Assembly (NCBI GenBank): GCA_950097015.1
Contig: CATNEN010000038.1
Location: forward strand, 310,001-374,000
From: Macrostomum hystrix
Lineage: Eukaryota; Animalia; Platyhelminthes
Reading direction: 5' to 3'
Length of the DNA stretch: 64,000 nucleotides
Positions 24,501 to 36,209 of this stretch are shown piece by piece (position 1 is the first letter of the stretch; the number at the start of each line of letters is the position of its first letter). The notes beneath the pieces are model-generated. The model was not told the origin of the DNA. It made no database searches and saw nothing but the letters and a program-made list of their open reading frames with translations. Made by a program: the position numbers and the translations under genes.

Positions 24501-27500
24501 TATGGGGTCATAGATTAGGGATTTGATATATGGGGTCTTAGATTAGGGATTTGATATATGGGGTCATAGATTAGGGATTTGAGTTATGGGGTCTTAGATT
24601 AGGGATTTGATATATGGGGTCTTAGATTTTGGATTTGATATATGGGGTCTTAGATTAGGGATTTGATATATGGGATCTTAGATTAGGGATTTGATATATG
24701 GGGTCTTAGATTAGGGATTTGAAATATGGGATCTTAGATTAGGGATTTGATATATGGGGTCTTAGATTAGGGATTTGATATATGGGATCTTAGATTAGGG
24801 ATTTGATATATGGGGTCTTAGATTAGGGATTTGAAATATGGGATCTTAGATTAGGGATTTGATATATGGGGTCTTAGATTAGGGATTTGATATATGGGAT
24901 CTTAGATTAGGGATTTGATATATGGGGTCTTAGATTAGGGATTTGAAATATGGGATCTTAGATTAGGGATTTGACATATGGGGTCTTAGATTAAGGATTT
25001 GATATATGGGATCTTAGATTAGGGATTTGAGTTATGGGGTCTTAGATTACGGATTTGAGTTATGGGATCTTAGATTACGGATTTGAGTTATGGGGTCTTA
25101 GATTACGGATTTGAGTTATGGGGTCTTAGATTAGGGATTTGATATATGGGGTCTTAGATTAGGGATTTGAGTTATGGGGTCTTAGATTACGGATTTGAGT
25201 TATGGGATCTTAGATTACGGATTTGAGTTATGGGGTCTTAGATTACGGATTTGAGTTATGGGGTCTTATATTACGGATTTGAGTTATGGGGTCTTAGATT
25301 ACGGATTTGAGTTATGGGGTCTTAGATTACGGATTTGAGTTATGGGATCTTAGATTAGGGATTTGAGTTATGGGGTCTTAGATTAGGGATTTGATATATG
25401 GGGTCTTAGATTAGGGATTTGATATATGGGGTCTTAGATTAGGGATTTGATATATGGGGTCTTAGATTAGGGATTTGAGATATGGGGTCTTAGATTAGGG
25501 ATTTGATTAATTACAAAACTGTCCCCAGCCTAATTGAATGTGGCCTCGCCTCGAAATCGAGCTTAAGTACCTCAATGCGAGAGGCGAAAGCGTTAACCGC
25601 TCTGCTGCGATAATAGGATTCTAGAACTTGCTTATATGGGCTTCTAGAACTTGCTTATATGTGATTCTAGAACTTGCTTATATGTGATTCTAGAACTTGC
25701 TTATATGGACTTCTAGAACTTGCTTATATGGACTTCTAGAACTTGCTTATATGGGATTCTAGAACTTGCTTATATGGGCTTCTAGAACTTGCTTATATGG
25801 ACTTCTAGAACTTGCTTATATGGACTTCTAGAACTTGCTTATATGGACTTCTAGAACTTGCTTATATGGACTTCTAGAACTTGCTTATATGGACTTCTAG
25901 AACTTGCTTATATGGACTTCTAGAACTTGCTTATATGGGATTCTAGAACTTGCTTATATGGGCTTCTAGAACTTGCTTATATGGGATTCTAGAACTTGCT
26001 TATATGGGCTTCTAGAACTTGCTTATATGGGCTTCTAGAACTTGCTTATATGGACTTCTAGAACTTGCTTATATGGACTTCTAGAACTTGCTTATATGGG
26101 CTTCTAGAACTTGCTTATATGGGCTTCTAGAACTTGCTTATATGAGCTTCTAGAACTTGCTTATATGGGCTTCTAGAACTTGCTTATATGGGCTTCTAGA
26201 ACTTGCTTATATGAGCTTCTAGAACTTGCTTATATGGGCTTCTAGAACTAGTTTTCATGAGCTTCTAGAACTTGCTTATATGGGCTTCTAGAACTAGTTT
26301 TCATGGGCTAATAGAGCTAGTTTTCATGGGCTAATAGAGCTAGTTTTCATGGGCAAATAGAGCTAGTTTTCATGGGCTAATAGAGCTAGTTTTTATGGGC
26401 TAATAGAGCTAGTTTTCATGGGCTAATAGAGCTAGTTTTCATGGGCTAATAGAGCTAGTTTTTATGGGCTAATAGAGCTAGTTTTCATGGGCTAATAGAG
26501 CTAGTTTTTATGGGCTAATAGAGCTAGTTTTCATGGGCTAATAGAGCTAGTTTTCATGGGCTAATAGAGCTAGTTTTCATGGGCTAATAGAGCTAGTTTT
26601 TATGGGCTAATAGAGCTAGTTTTCATGGGCTAATAGAGCTAGTTTTTATGGGCTAATAGAGCTAGTTTTCATGGGCTAATAGAGCTAGTTTTCATGGGCT
26701 AATAGAACTAGTTTTCATGGGCTTCTGGAATGCTTCTAGAACTAGTTCTAATGAGTTTCCACCGGTTTGTAAAGTACTTTAACAGGCCTTCTATATTGTC
26801 TTAGATTAGGATTTAGATGTATTTGATTTTATATTTAGATTCGATAAAGACCAAAAAAATGAAAGGATCTGAATTATCGAAGTGGAATTTAGGTCAGCTT
26901 TAACATTTTAACAGTAGAACTACAATGGGGGGGGGTAAATTCCCCCCCCCCTGACAATTTTTTTGCTGCACCCGAACAGAACAATGCAAGCACACGAAAC
27001 TCAAGAACACGGGCCAACTTTTTGTTGCGCATCTTCTGAAACAAGAAACAAGTCGCCAGCTCTTCAGACCGTCGAGATATTCAATGTTTCTGGCCGAAGG
27101 TCCGATTTTTCCCATAAGAGCTAGTGTATGTGCGCCTCAGTGCGGCCTTGCCAGGCCTTCAAACTTTATCAGCATGTCACCCGAATGTGCCTGCACCATC
27201 TCCGTCTTCGGTGGTCACCTACCTTTATCTAGACGGAGCAGCTGGACCTTAAACAAGTAATAGTTGAGTTTTGTCCAATATCGAGGCTTTATTAGAGAAA
27301 GTAGAAAAATTGGCTTTAGGGTCTCCATTGCCAGCTGGAGGCACCCTGCTGACGGTGCTGACGGCTTCGGGGTGGTGACTGATTGGTTGACGGACTAGAG
27401 GAGCATGTAAAGTAGTTAAGTGTTGCCCAATGTCGAGGCTTGATCAGCGAAAGTAGAGAAATTCGCTTTAGGTACTCCATAGTCGGCTGGTGCCACTTGT

Positions 27501-30500
27501 TGAAGGTCCAGCAGCTCCGTCTAGATAAAGGTCGGTGACCGCCGAAGTCGGAGATGATGCAGGCACATTCGGGTGACATGCTGATAAAGTTTGAAGGCCT
27601 GGCAAGGCCGCACTGAGGCGCGGTGCAAATTCGTGTATAGGGGTGTATGAAATACACTAGCTCTTATGGGAAAAATCGGACCTTCGGCCAGAAACATTGA
27701 ATATCTCGACGGTCTGAAGAGCTGGCGACTTGTTTCTTGGTTCAGAAGATGCGCAACAAAAAGTTGGCCCGTGTTCTTGAGTTTCGTGTGCTTGCATTGT
27801 TCCGTTCGGGTGCAGCAAAAAAATTGTCAGGGGGGAGGAAAAATCCCCCCCTTGAAATAAAAACGGGCGGCAAAATGGCTCGGTAGTCCTACTGTTAATG
27901 TTGCAATTGCTTTTGCTTTAGGGGCAGTTTTTTATTTTTTTATATTTGCAGACTTGAAAGTTTTCCGGGTCAGTGCAGATTCATTTGCTATTTTTATTTC
28001 TTAAACAGAGGTTTTTTTGGGCAAGTGAAAGGCATTTATCTTTAATAATGCTATTGTGAAAACCTATTCAAATGGCTCCCAGAGAAAAGGATGCTTCTTC
28101 TTAAACACTCCAGGTAGCATGCGCGTTTTGTTTGCTCACAAAAAGTGCAAAGTTGCTAGCTACCAGGCCTTATTGACTTTGCTCTCGGTGTTTTGCTGCT
28201 TAATTAGCAGATTCTGCTGAAAGATGATATCAATGTTATCGAAAATGCACTTTATAAAGAGCGTTAGGTAGTTGTTATAAGGCAACTCATTTGGTAATTA
28301 AATAATATTAGAATTCATACTTTCATTAGGGCTGTGCGCACAGGCGCATCATCTGAAGACTCTGCGACAGGCAATTATGCCCCATCCGCAGACTCCTGAG
28401 CACACACAGATACCGTATAGCACGCACTCATCTGCCCATACTATTACCGCCAAACAGTATAAACATTCACTGTGCCTTGGAGTTTGGCCATCGAGGATGT
28501 AAATTGCACGACAAGCCCCCAAAGCAGAACTAGAACTAGTGTTTATGGGCTTCTAGAACTAGTGTTTATGGGCTTCTAGAACTAGTGTTTATGGGCTTCT
28601 AGAACTAGTGTTTATGGGCTTCTAGAACTAGTGTTTATGGGCTTCTAGAACTAGTGTTTATGGGCTTCTAGAACTAGTGTTTATGGGCTTCTAGAACTAG
28701 TGTTTATGGGCTTCAAGAACTAGTGTTTATGGGCTTCTAGAACTAGTGTTTATGGGCTTCAAGAACTAGTGTTTATGGGCTTCTAGAACTAGTGTTTATG
28801 GGCTTCTAGAACTAGTGTTTATGGGCTTCTAGAACTAGTGTTTATGGGCTTCTAGAACTAGTGTTTATGGGCTTCTAGAACTAGTGTTTATGGGCTTCTA
28901 GAACTAGTGTTTATGGGCTTCTAGAACTAGTGTTTATGGGCTTCTAGAACTAGTGTTTATGGGCTTCTAGAACTAGTGTTTATGGGCTTCTAGAACTAGT
29001 GTTTATGGGCTTCTAGAACTAGTGTTTATGGGCTTCAAGAACTAGTGTTTATGGGCTTCTAGAACTAGTGTTTATGGGCTTGTAGAACTAGTGTTTATGG
29101 GCTTCTAGAACTAGTGTTTATGGGCTTCTAGAACTAGTGTTTATGGGCTTCTAGAACTAGTGTTTATGGGCTTCTAGAACTAGTGTTTATGGGCTTCAAG
29201 AACTAGTGTTTATGGGCTTCTAGAACTAGTGTTTATGGGCTTCTAGAACTAGTTTTCATGGGCTTCAAGAACTAGTGTTTATGGGCTTCTAGAACTAGTG
29301 TTTATGGGCTTCTAGAACTAGTGTTTAAGGGCTTCAAGAACTAGTGTTTATGGGCTTCTAGAACTAGTGTTTATGGGCTTCTAGAACTAGTTTTCATGGG
29401 CTTCTAGAACTAGTGTTTATGGGCTTCTAGAACTAGTGTTTATGGGCTTCTAGAACTAGTGTTTATGGGCTTCTAGAACTAGTGTTTATGGGCTTCTAGA
29501 ACTAGTGTTTATGGGCTTCAAGAACTAGTGTTTATGGGCTTCTAGAACTAGTGTTTATGGGCTTCTAGAACTAGTGTTTATGGGCTTCTAGAACTAGTGT
29601 TTATGGGCTTCTAGAACTAGTGTTTATGGGCTTCAAGAACTAGTGTTTATGGGCTTCTAGAACTAGTGTTTATGGGCTTCTAGAACTAGTGTTTATGGGC
29701 TTCTAGAACTAGTGTTTATGGGCTTCTAGAACTAGTGTTTATGGGCTTCTAGAACTAGTGTTTATGGGCTTCTAGAACTAGTGTTTATGGGCTTCTAGAA
29801 CTAGTGTTTATGGGCTTCTAGAACTAGTGTTTATGGGCTTCTAGAACTAGTGTTTATGGGCTTCTAGAACTAGTGTTTATGGGCTTCAAGAACTAGTGTT
29901 TATGGGCTTCTAGAACTAGTGTTTATGGGCTTCTAGAACTAGTGTTTATGGGCTTCTAAGAACTAGTGTTTATGGGCTTCTAGAACTAGTGTTTATGGGC
30001 TTCTAGAACTAGTGTTTATGGGCTTCTAGAACTAGTGTTTATGGGCTTCTAGAACTAGTGTTTATGGGCTTCTAGAACTAGTGTTTATGGGCTTCTAGAA
30101 CTAGTGTTTATGGGCTTCTAGAACTAGTGTTTATGGGCTTCTAGAACTAGTGTTTATGGGCTTCTAGAACTAGTGTTTATGGGCTTCTAGAACTAGTGTT
30201 TATGGGCTTCTAGAACTAGTGTTTATGGGCTTCTAGAACTAGTGTTTATGGGCTTCTAGAACTAGTGTTTATGGGCTTCTAGAACTAGTGTTTATGGGCT
30301 TCTAGAACTAGTGTTTATGGGCTTCTAGAACTAGTGTTTATGGGCTTCTAGAACTAGTGTTTATGGGCTTCTAGAACTAGTGTTTATGGGCTTCTAGAAC
30401 TAGTGTTTATGGGCTTCTAGAACTAGTGTTTATGGGCTTCTAGAACTAGTGTTTATGGGCTTCTAGAACTAGTGTTTATGGGCTTCTAGAACTAGTGTTT

Positions 30501-32916
30501 ATGGGCTTCTAGAACTAGTGTTTATGGGCTTCTAGAACTAGTGTTTATGGGCTTCTAGAACTAGTGTTTATGGGCTTCTAGAACTAGTGTTTATGGGCTT
30601 CTAGAACTAGTGTTTATGGGCTTCTAGAACTAGTGTTTATGGGCTTCTAGAACTAGTGTTTATGGGCTTCTAAGAACTAGTGTTTATGGGCTTCTAGAAC
30701 TAGTGTTTATGGGCTTCTAGAACTAGTGTTTATGGGCTTCTAGAACTAGTGTTTATGGGCTTCTAGAACTAGTGTTTATGGGCTTCTAGAACTAGTGTTT
30801 ATGGGCTTCTAGAACTAGTGTTTATGGGCTTCTAGAACTAGTGTTTATGGGCTTCTAGAACTAGTGTTTATGGGCTTCTAGAACTAGTGTTTATGGGCTT
30901 CTAGAACTAGTGTTTATGGGCTTCTAGAACTAGTGTTTATGGGCTTCTAGAACTAGTGTTTATGGGCTTCTAGAACTAGTGTTTATGGGCTTCTAGAACT
31001 AGTGTTTATGGGCTTCTAGAACTAGTGTTTATGGGCTTCTAGAACTAGTGTTTATGGGCTTCTAGAACTAGTGTTTATGGGCTTCTAGAACTAGTGTTTA
31101 TGGGCTTCTAGAACTAGTGTTTATGGGCTTCTAGAACTAGTGTTTATGGGCTTCTAGAACTAGTGTTTATGGGCTTCTAGAACTAGTGTTTATGGGCTTC
31201 TAGAACTAGTGTTTATGGGCTTCTAGAACTAGTGTTTATGGGCTTCTAGAACTAGTGTTTATGGGCTTCTAGAACAAGTTCTGAGTTTCTGTTTTTAAAT
31301 TACTCTGACAGGCCTTCTATATTTATATGAGCTCCCCTCAATACGTCTGTCTGCTTAGGTTAACCACCTGTCCCAGCTGTACCTTCTGCGCCTTCTGCTG
31401 CCAACTCTCCTAGCCTCGGCGCCTAGTCGAGTCGTCCTGGTCAGCTCCGAGAGTCACCGGGCGACATCCGTCACCCGCGAGACCTTCGACGAGGCTCACC
31501 TGAATCAGACGGATCCCAGAATGTACCGCGGCAGCGCGGGACTGCCGCAGTACGGCGACTCGAAGCTGTGCAATGTGCTCACGGCTCGATTCGTTGACCG
31601 GCACTTCGCTGCCAGGGGTGTGCGCGCGTTCTCAGTTCACCCGGGCAACATGGTCTTCACCGGCATTCAGAGACAGTGGTGGCTTAGCCGGCTGGTCTTT
31701 GTTCTGGCCAGACCCTTCACCAAGACTGTGGTGAGCTGGTTGGGCAGCTTGTGCCGTTATCTAAGGAATTAGGATTGCTGGAAAGTTTTTAGGATTGCTG
31801 GAAAGTTTTTAGGATTGCCGGAAAGTTTTTAGGATTGCTGGAAAGTTTTTAGGATTGCTGGAAAGTTTTTAGGATTGCTGGAAAGTTTTTAGGATTGCTG
31901 GAAAGTTTTTAGGATTGCTGGAAAGTTTTTAGGATTGCTGGAAAGTTTTTAGGATTGCTGGAAAGTTTTTAGGGTTGCTGGAAAGTTTTTAGGATTGCTG
32001 GAAAGTTTTTAGGATTGATGGAAAGTTTTTTGGGTTGCTCAAATGTGAGTTAGATTGCTCCAAAGTTAGTTAGATTGCTAAAAGCAGTGTGAGCAGTATG
32101 AGCAGTGTGGGCAGTGTGAGCAGTGTAGGCAGTGTGAGCAGTGTGAGCAGTATGAGCAGTGTGAGCAGTATGAGCAGTGTGGGCAGTGTTAGCAGTGTAG
32201 GCAGTGTGAGCAGTTAGAGCAGTGTGAGCAGTGTAGGCAGTGTGAGCAGTGTAGGCAGTGTGAGCAGTGTGAGCAGTATGAGCAGTGTGAGCAGTATGAG
32301 CAGTGTGGGCAGTGTAGGCAGTGTGAGCAGTGTAGGCAGTGTGAGCAGTGTGGGCAGTGTGAGCAGTGTAGGCAGTGTGAGCAGTTAGAGCAGTGTGAGC
32401 AGTGTGAGCAGTTAGAGCAGTGTGGGCGGGCAGTGTGAGCAGTTAGAGCAGTGTGAGCAGTGTGAGCAGTGTGAGCAGTGTGAGCAGTGTGAGCAGTTAG
32501 AGCAGTGTAGGCAGTGTGAGCAGTTAGAGCAGTGTGAGCAGTGTGAGCAGTGTGAGCAGTTAGAGCAGTGTGAGCAGTTAGAGCAGTGTGAGCAGTGTGA
32601 GCCCCCACCACTGCAGGAGCAGGGCGCGGCCTCGTCGGTGCTGGCGGCATTCGACCCCACCATTGAGCAGTACGGTGGGGCCTACTTTAACAATTGCACA
32701 CCCTGTGAGACCAGCGAGCTGGGCCGGGATCCTCAGCTAGCCGAACTGCTCTGGCAGATCAGCGACAGCCTGCTGCGCAGGTGCGAAGCAAAGTGGCTGG
32801 CCGAGTCGCTCACCGCAGCCACTGACGGCGTTGTCCGCGAAGACAAAGGCGCCGACCGCGACAGTCGATCTGGCGGCTTTGTCTCGCCGCTGGACGAGTG
32901 CGCGGTTGAAATTTGA
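15528..32916 (+). CDS. WWOX: WW domain-containing oxidoreductase, 6 exons, ~453 aa
   Basis: Exons 15528-15637, 16071-16193, 19525-19783, 23719-23916, 31359-31730, 32617-32916; GT-AG, 1362 nt in frame. WW1 [19 protein letters not shown]...HWEHP, WW2 LPPGWE...DPRLAF, Rossmann [21 protein letters not shown], catalytic [27 protein letters not shown]. Exons 1-2 are absent from the ORF track. Confidence 0.95.
16300..17040. repeat. CTGT/TGTC-based compound satellite in WWOX intron 2
   Basis: Units such as CCTGTGTCTGTCTGT; internal ~332-bp duplication. Confidence 0.9.
17540..19180. repeat. 21/22-bp minisatellite (ATTGCTTCCTTCGATTCCCTG / ...CCCTTC)n in WWOX intron 2
   Basis: About 75 units of two interspersed lengths. 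Confidence 0.93.
19806..20130. repeat. CT-rich low-complexity repeat (CTGTCTTCCCCCT)n after WWOX exon 3
   Basis: Tandem pyrimidine-rich units. Confidence 0.85.
20630..23400 (-). mobile_element. Decayed non-LTR retrotransposon (RT + RNase H + CCHC; Loa/Lian/R1-like) in WWOX intron 3
   Basis: FIPKPGR...[46 protein letters not shown]; RNase H YTDGS...SDSQAAL...WIPGHAG..GNELAD; C-terminal CPFC...H...C. Several frameshifts/stops; 5'-truncated; antisense to WWOX. Confidence 0.9.
23450..23655. repeat. Degenerate AGAAGACAGG-based repeat
   Basis: Tandem purine-rich units just upstream of WWOX exon 4. Confidence 0.7.
23941..25506. repeat. 28-bp minisatellite (TTAGATTAGGGATTTGATATATGGGGTC)n in WWOX intron 4
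   Basis: About 56 units; most contain TTAGGG. Confidence 0.93.
25524..25610 (-). mobile_element. SINE family B head fragment
   Basis: Reverse complement GCAGAGCGGTTAACGCTTTCGCCTCTCGCA...GCTCGATTTCGAGGCGAGGCCACATT. Confidence 0.6.
25617..26748. repeat. 23-bp satellite in two successive variants (TTCTAGAACTTGCTTATATGGGC then TAATAGAGCTAGTTTTCATGGGC)
   Basis: Tandem units; variant switch near 26250-26310. Confidence 0.93.
26912..27894. mobile_element. Foldback/MITE-like element with ~350-bp inverted arms
   Basis: Arms ~26912-27258 and ~27495-27894 are reverse complements; termini CAGTAG...CTACTG; TTAA on both sides. Explains the mirror-image [10 protein letters not shown] ORFs. Confidence 0.85.
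28365..28525 (-). mobile_element. SINE family B body fragment
   Basis: Reverse complement GCTTTGGGGGCTTGTCGTGCAATTTAC...CTCCAAGGCACAGTGAA...CTCAGGAGTC matches 46160-46340. Confidence 0.65.
28527..31276. repeat. 23-bp satellite (TTCTAGAACTAGTGTTTATGGGC)n, highly homogeneous
   Basis: About 120 units, ending ~80 bp before the WWOX exon 5 acceptor. Confidence 0.95.
31770..32035. repeat. 20-bp minisatellite (AGGATTGCTGGAAAGTTTTT)n
   Basis: About 13 units in WWOX intron 5. Confidence 0.9.
32083..32602. repeat. 9-bp minisatellite (GAGCAGTGT)n
   Basis: Runs to within ~15 bp of the WWOX exon 6 acceptor; source of the EQC/HCS/TAH ORFs. Confidence 0.9.
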
Positions 32917-33339
32917 ATTTGCAACTGGCTGCCGTTGTAAAAGAACATTTTCAAGTTTCCTGATAAGTTGGCACTGCTTCAAGAATAGCATTGTTACTTC
33001 TCTTCTAGACCATAGTTCCCATGCTTATCCACTCCACAGCTCTTGGAGAGTTTTTTCCACCCCCCAAAAATCCCAAAAAGTTGGGCCATAAATCCCCTAG
33101 TTAGTGAAAATCTTAATTGCCATTAATTATCTACTTTCTTTATCAGAGCATGTGACGCGCATGCAGTTTCAAATGTACTTAAATAGTTCAAAATTACATA
33201 GAAATGTTTATGGAAGGCTGCGTAAACCTGTTCCGATTGCATTGATTACCGAGAAATCAGCCAAGCACCACTTGCCTCAAGGACTTCTGCTCGATTTCTT
33301 AGTCAGTCTGAAAGGCCATTTGGGATTCAGAAGGATTCT

Positions 33340-34118
33340 GGGTAGTTTGACTAGACAGTTGGTAGTCTGGGTAGACAGTAGGTAGTCTGGGTAGACAGTT
33401 GGTAGTCTGGGTTGACAGTTGGTAGTCTGGGTAGACAGTTGGTAGTCTGGGTAGACAGTTGGTAGTCTGGGTAGACAGCTGGTAGTCTGGGTAGACAGTT
33501 GGTAGTCTGGGTAGACAGTTGGTAGTCTGGGTTGACAGTAGGTAGTCTGGGTAGACAGTTGGTAGTCTGGGTTGACAGTTGGTAGTCTGGGTAGACAGTT
33601 GGTAGTCTGGGTAGACAGTTGGTAGTCTGGGTAGACAGCTGGTAGTCTGGGTAGACAGTTGGTAGTCTGGGTAGACAGTTGGTAGTCTGGGTTGACAGTT
33701 GGTAGTCTGGGTAGACAGTTGGTAGTCTGGGTTGACAGTTGGTAGTCTGGGTAGACAGTTGGTAGTCTGGGTAGACAGTTGGTAGTCTGGGTAGACAGTT
33801 GGTAGTCTGGGTTGACAGTTGGTAGTCTGGGTAGACAGTTGGTAGTATGGGTAGACAGTTGGTAGTCAAGATAGACAGTTGGTAGTCTGGGTAGACAGTT
33901 GGTAGTCTGGGTAGACAGTTGGTAGTCTGGGTTGACAGTTGGTAGTCTGGGTAGACAGTTGGTAGTCTGGGTAGACAGTCGGTAGTCTGGGTAGACAGCT
34001 GGTAGTCTGGGTAGACAGTTGGTAGTCTGGGTAGACAGTTGGTAGTCTGGGTTGACAGTAGGTAGTCTGGATAGACAGTTGGTAGTCTGGGTAGACAGCT
34101 GGTTGTCTGGGTTGACAG
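33340..34118. repeat. 20-bp minisatellite (GGTAGTCTGGGTAGACAGTT)n, array 1
   Basis: About 38 units. Confidence 0.93.
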
Positions 34119-34578
34119 GAGTCGCAAAAATATCCCGAACTGGAATCGCAGCAAGATCTCTATCAGGAATCGCGGCAAGATCTCTATCAGGAATCGCGGC
34201 AAGATCTCTATCAGGAATCGCGGCAACTTCGCTCTACAATACGAGGTAGCTCGTAATACTGGGTTTTCTATTTGGTGACAATAGAGTGCATTAGCTTCTA
34301 TCCTGGAAACCGGTGGCTAACTAGCAAATTTTTTATAAGTGAGCTTGGATGAGTTGAATTCTAAGGTAATTGTCTTGCCTGCCATCGCTAAAACCAGAAC
34401 ATGCCTGATCCACAGCCTGAGCCAAGATTGTCTGATGTCTGTTTGCTTTTTTGGGTGGGCTGTCATCATCAGCCAATGTCTGCTTACTTCAGACTGTATC
34501 CAAGGCCCTTATAAGCAAGTGGTGCTGTGTCTTTAGCGACGCAAAGCCAAGTCTAAGCAGGCCTAAATTGTGAAGAAC

Positions 34579-35385
34579 ATGCAAACTCAGCTGCTCCTAG
34601 TAGAAACTATTCTGGGTTTCGTCTTGTTGGTTTCCGTCGTGCGCCGGTTGGTGGCCGCTGAGGCGACTGTCTGCTCCGCTGGGACGTTCGGCTTCACGCG
34701 TCGATTCGTTCGCACGTGCCTGCGTCCGCAATTGCTGGTCAACATCAGCCTGCCGATTGTGGACGTGTCCACCTGCGGCATCGCCTGCTCTGAGCGCGGA
34801 TCGAATTGTCGCGGCTTCCACCTGGTCGACGGGCCGAAAACCTGCCAGCTGTTGATGTTCAACAGGTGCAGCGGACTCGTCCTCGAGCCGGACGCCGTCT
34901 GCAGCGGCAAGCAGCCTGGCTGGGTCTTTGTTCGTCACCAAGAAGGATCGCCCAGGGGCTTCCTGTGCCCCCATGGCTTCGGCTCGAGCTATCTAGGCTC
35001 GGTCTACCAGCTGGTGGACGCTGTCGATTGGGACGCTGGCCGGGCCAAATGCCAGTCCATGCCGGGCAGCCTGACTAAATACGCCGACGGGGAAAACCGC
35101 GCCGAGGTGACGCACCTGCACTGGATTAAACGCAATGTCAACTCCGGCAAGTCCTTCTTTGTCGGCGGCTACAGGCCCGGCAGTTCGGCGTCCGATCCCT
35201 GGTTCTGGCACGACTGCGGCACCCGATTCCTGCCTGAGGTCTGGGGATCCAGTCAGCCGAACGAGGGTGTCAGCGCCAACCGGGTCGACATCTGGACGAC
35301 GCACACCGACGGACTCGACGATACGAAGAGCTCCGACTTGAAAATCGGGCATGCGCTCTGCGAATGCATCGATCCGTTCGCCTGA
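34579..35385 (+). CDS. Secreted PAN/apple-like + C-type lectin-like domain protein (268 aa, intronless)
   Basis: Hydrophobic signal peptide; PAN-like C-x3-C-x6-C-RGF...CQL; CTLD-like CPHGF...Y...W..GR.KC...FFVGG...W.W...W...QPN...LCEC. GC-rich coding composition; ATG at 34579. Confidence 0.8.
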   Translation: MQTQLLLVETILGFVLLVSVVRRLVAAEATVCSAGTFGFTRRFVRTCLRPQLLVNISLPIVDVSTCGIACSERGSNCRGFHLVDGPKTCQLLMFNRCSGLVLEPDAVCSGKQPGWVFVRHQEGSPRGFLCPHGFGSSYLGSVYQLVDAVDWDAGRAKCQSMPGSLTKYADGENRAEVTHLHWIKRNVNSGKSFFVGGYRPGSSASDPWFWHDCGTRFLPEVWGSSQPNEGVSANRVDIWTTHTDGLDDTKSSDLKIGHALCECIDPFA

Positions 35386-36209
35386 GTTCGGGGTCTAAAA
35401 ATGGGAACAAAGTTGCTACCCTGATGACAATTTCGCAAGATTAGAGAATCATTTTGATCAAGATCAAGATCGCTGATCAGAGAATGGAGATATAGCTTGG
35501 AGATGTATGAATCAATGACAATAAATTTGTAAGCCAATATTGAGACTTTGATCCGCAATCAAACGCAGTTGCTAAATTTGTGCAGTAAAAATTTGTAATT
35601 TTTTTCGACAAAATCATGGCCTCCTTAACGTTTTTAAAAGAAACGTGCCCCCCACCCTTGTATACTCAAGCTCGTAGTTGAGATACAGCGCCATGGACAA
35701 AGCGGGTTTAATAAACAATGCACTGACTGCATTGTCGAGATTTAGGTAGCTCTAACAATACGTATTTAACAATAGACAGTTTAACTCACAGCTAGCAGGC
35801 ATCAGATTTCATGGACCTGTTTAACTCCCGCTATGAGAAGCGTTTTTATTTAGTCAACGAAAAAATTTAGAAACTAAATTTCTCAATTAGAGCTCGTGTA
35901 TACAAATCACTTCCTTTAGAAGCTACATATGCTGTTTCCAAAAGACTTGTCGCGCCTACTCTACTGTAAGTAACTTGATAAGTTTTTAGGCTACAATAAA
36001 AAAACAAGACACACAGATATAATTTCAACAAATATCTTTCTCTCGATTTACTAGTATATCAGCGGAATAATTAGTCATGCTAACTGTAGACACCAGCGAA
36101 TCATATATATTTTCAATGTGTATAAAGCAACGAAAAAAGTAGCGAGTTAAAAATGTAGAAACCTACTCAACAGCCAGCAGGAAAAAACTAGCGAACTGTG
36201 CACACCAAA

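Noticed and set aside
23941-25506. True interstitial telomere
   Set aside because: TTAGGG occurs once per 28-bp unit, never as tandem hexamers.
26900-27860. Two near-identical small ORFs ([10 protein letters not shown]...) on opposite strands
   Set aside because: They are the two arms of one inverted-repeat element.
28527-31276. TCTAGAACTAGT (XbaI-SpeI, as in the pBluescript polylinker) suggesting vector contamination
   Set aside because: It is part of a 23-bp satellite with natural variants nearby and no other vector sequence.
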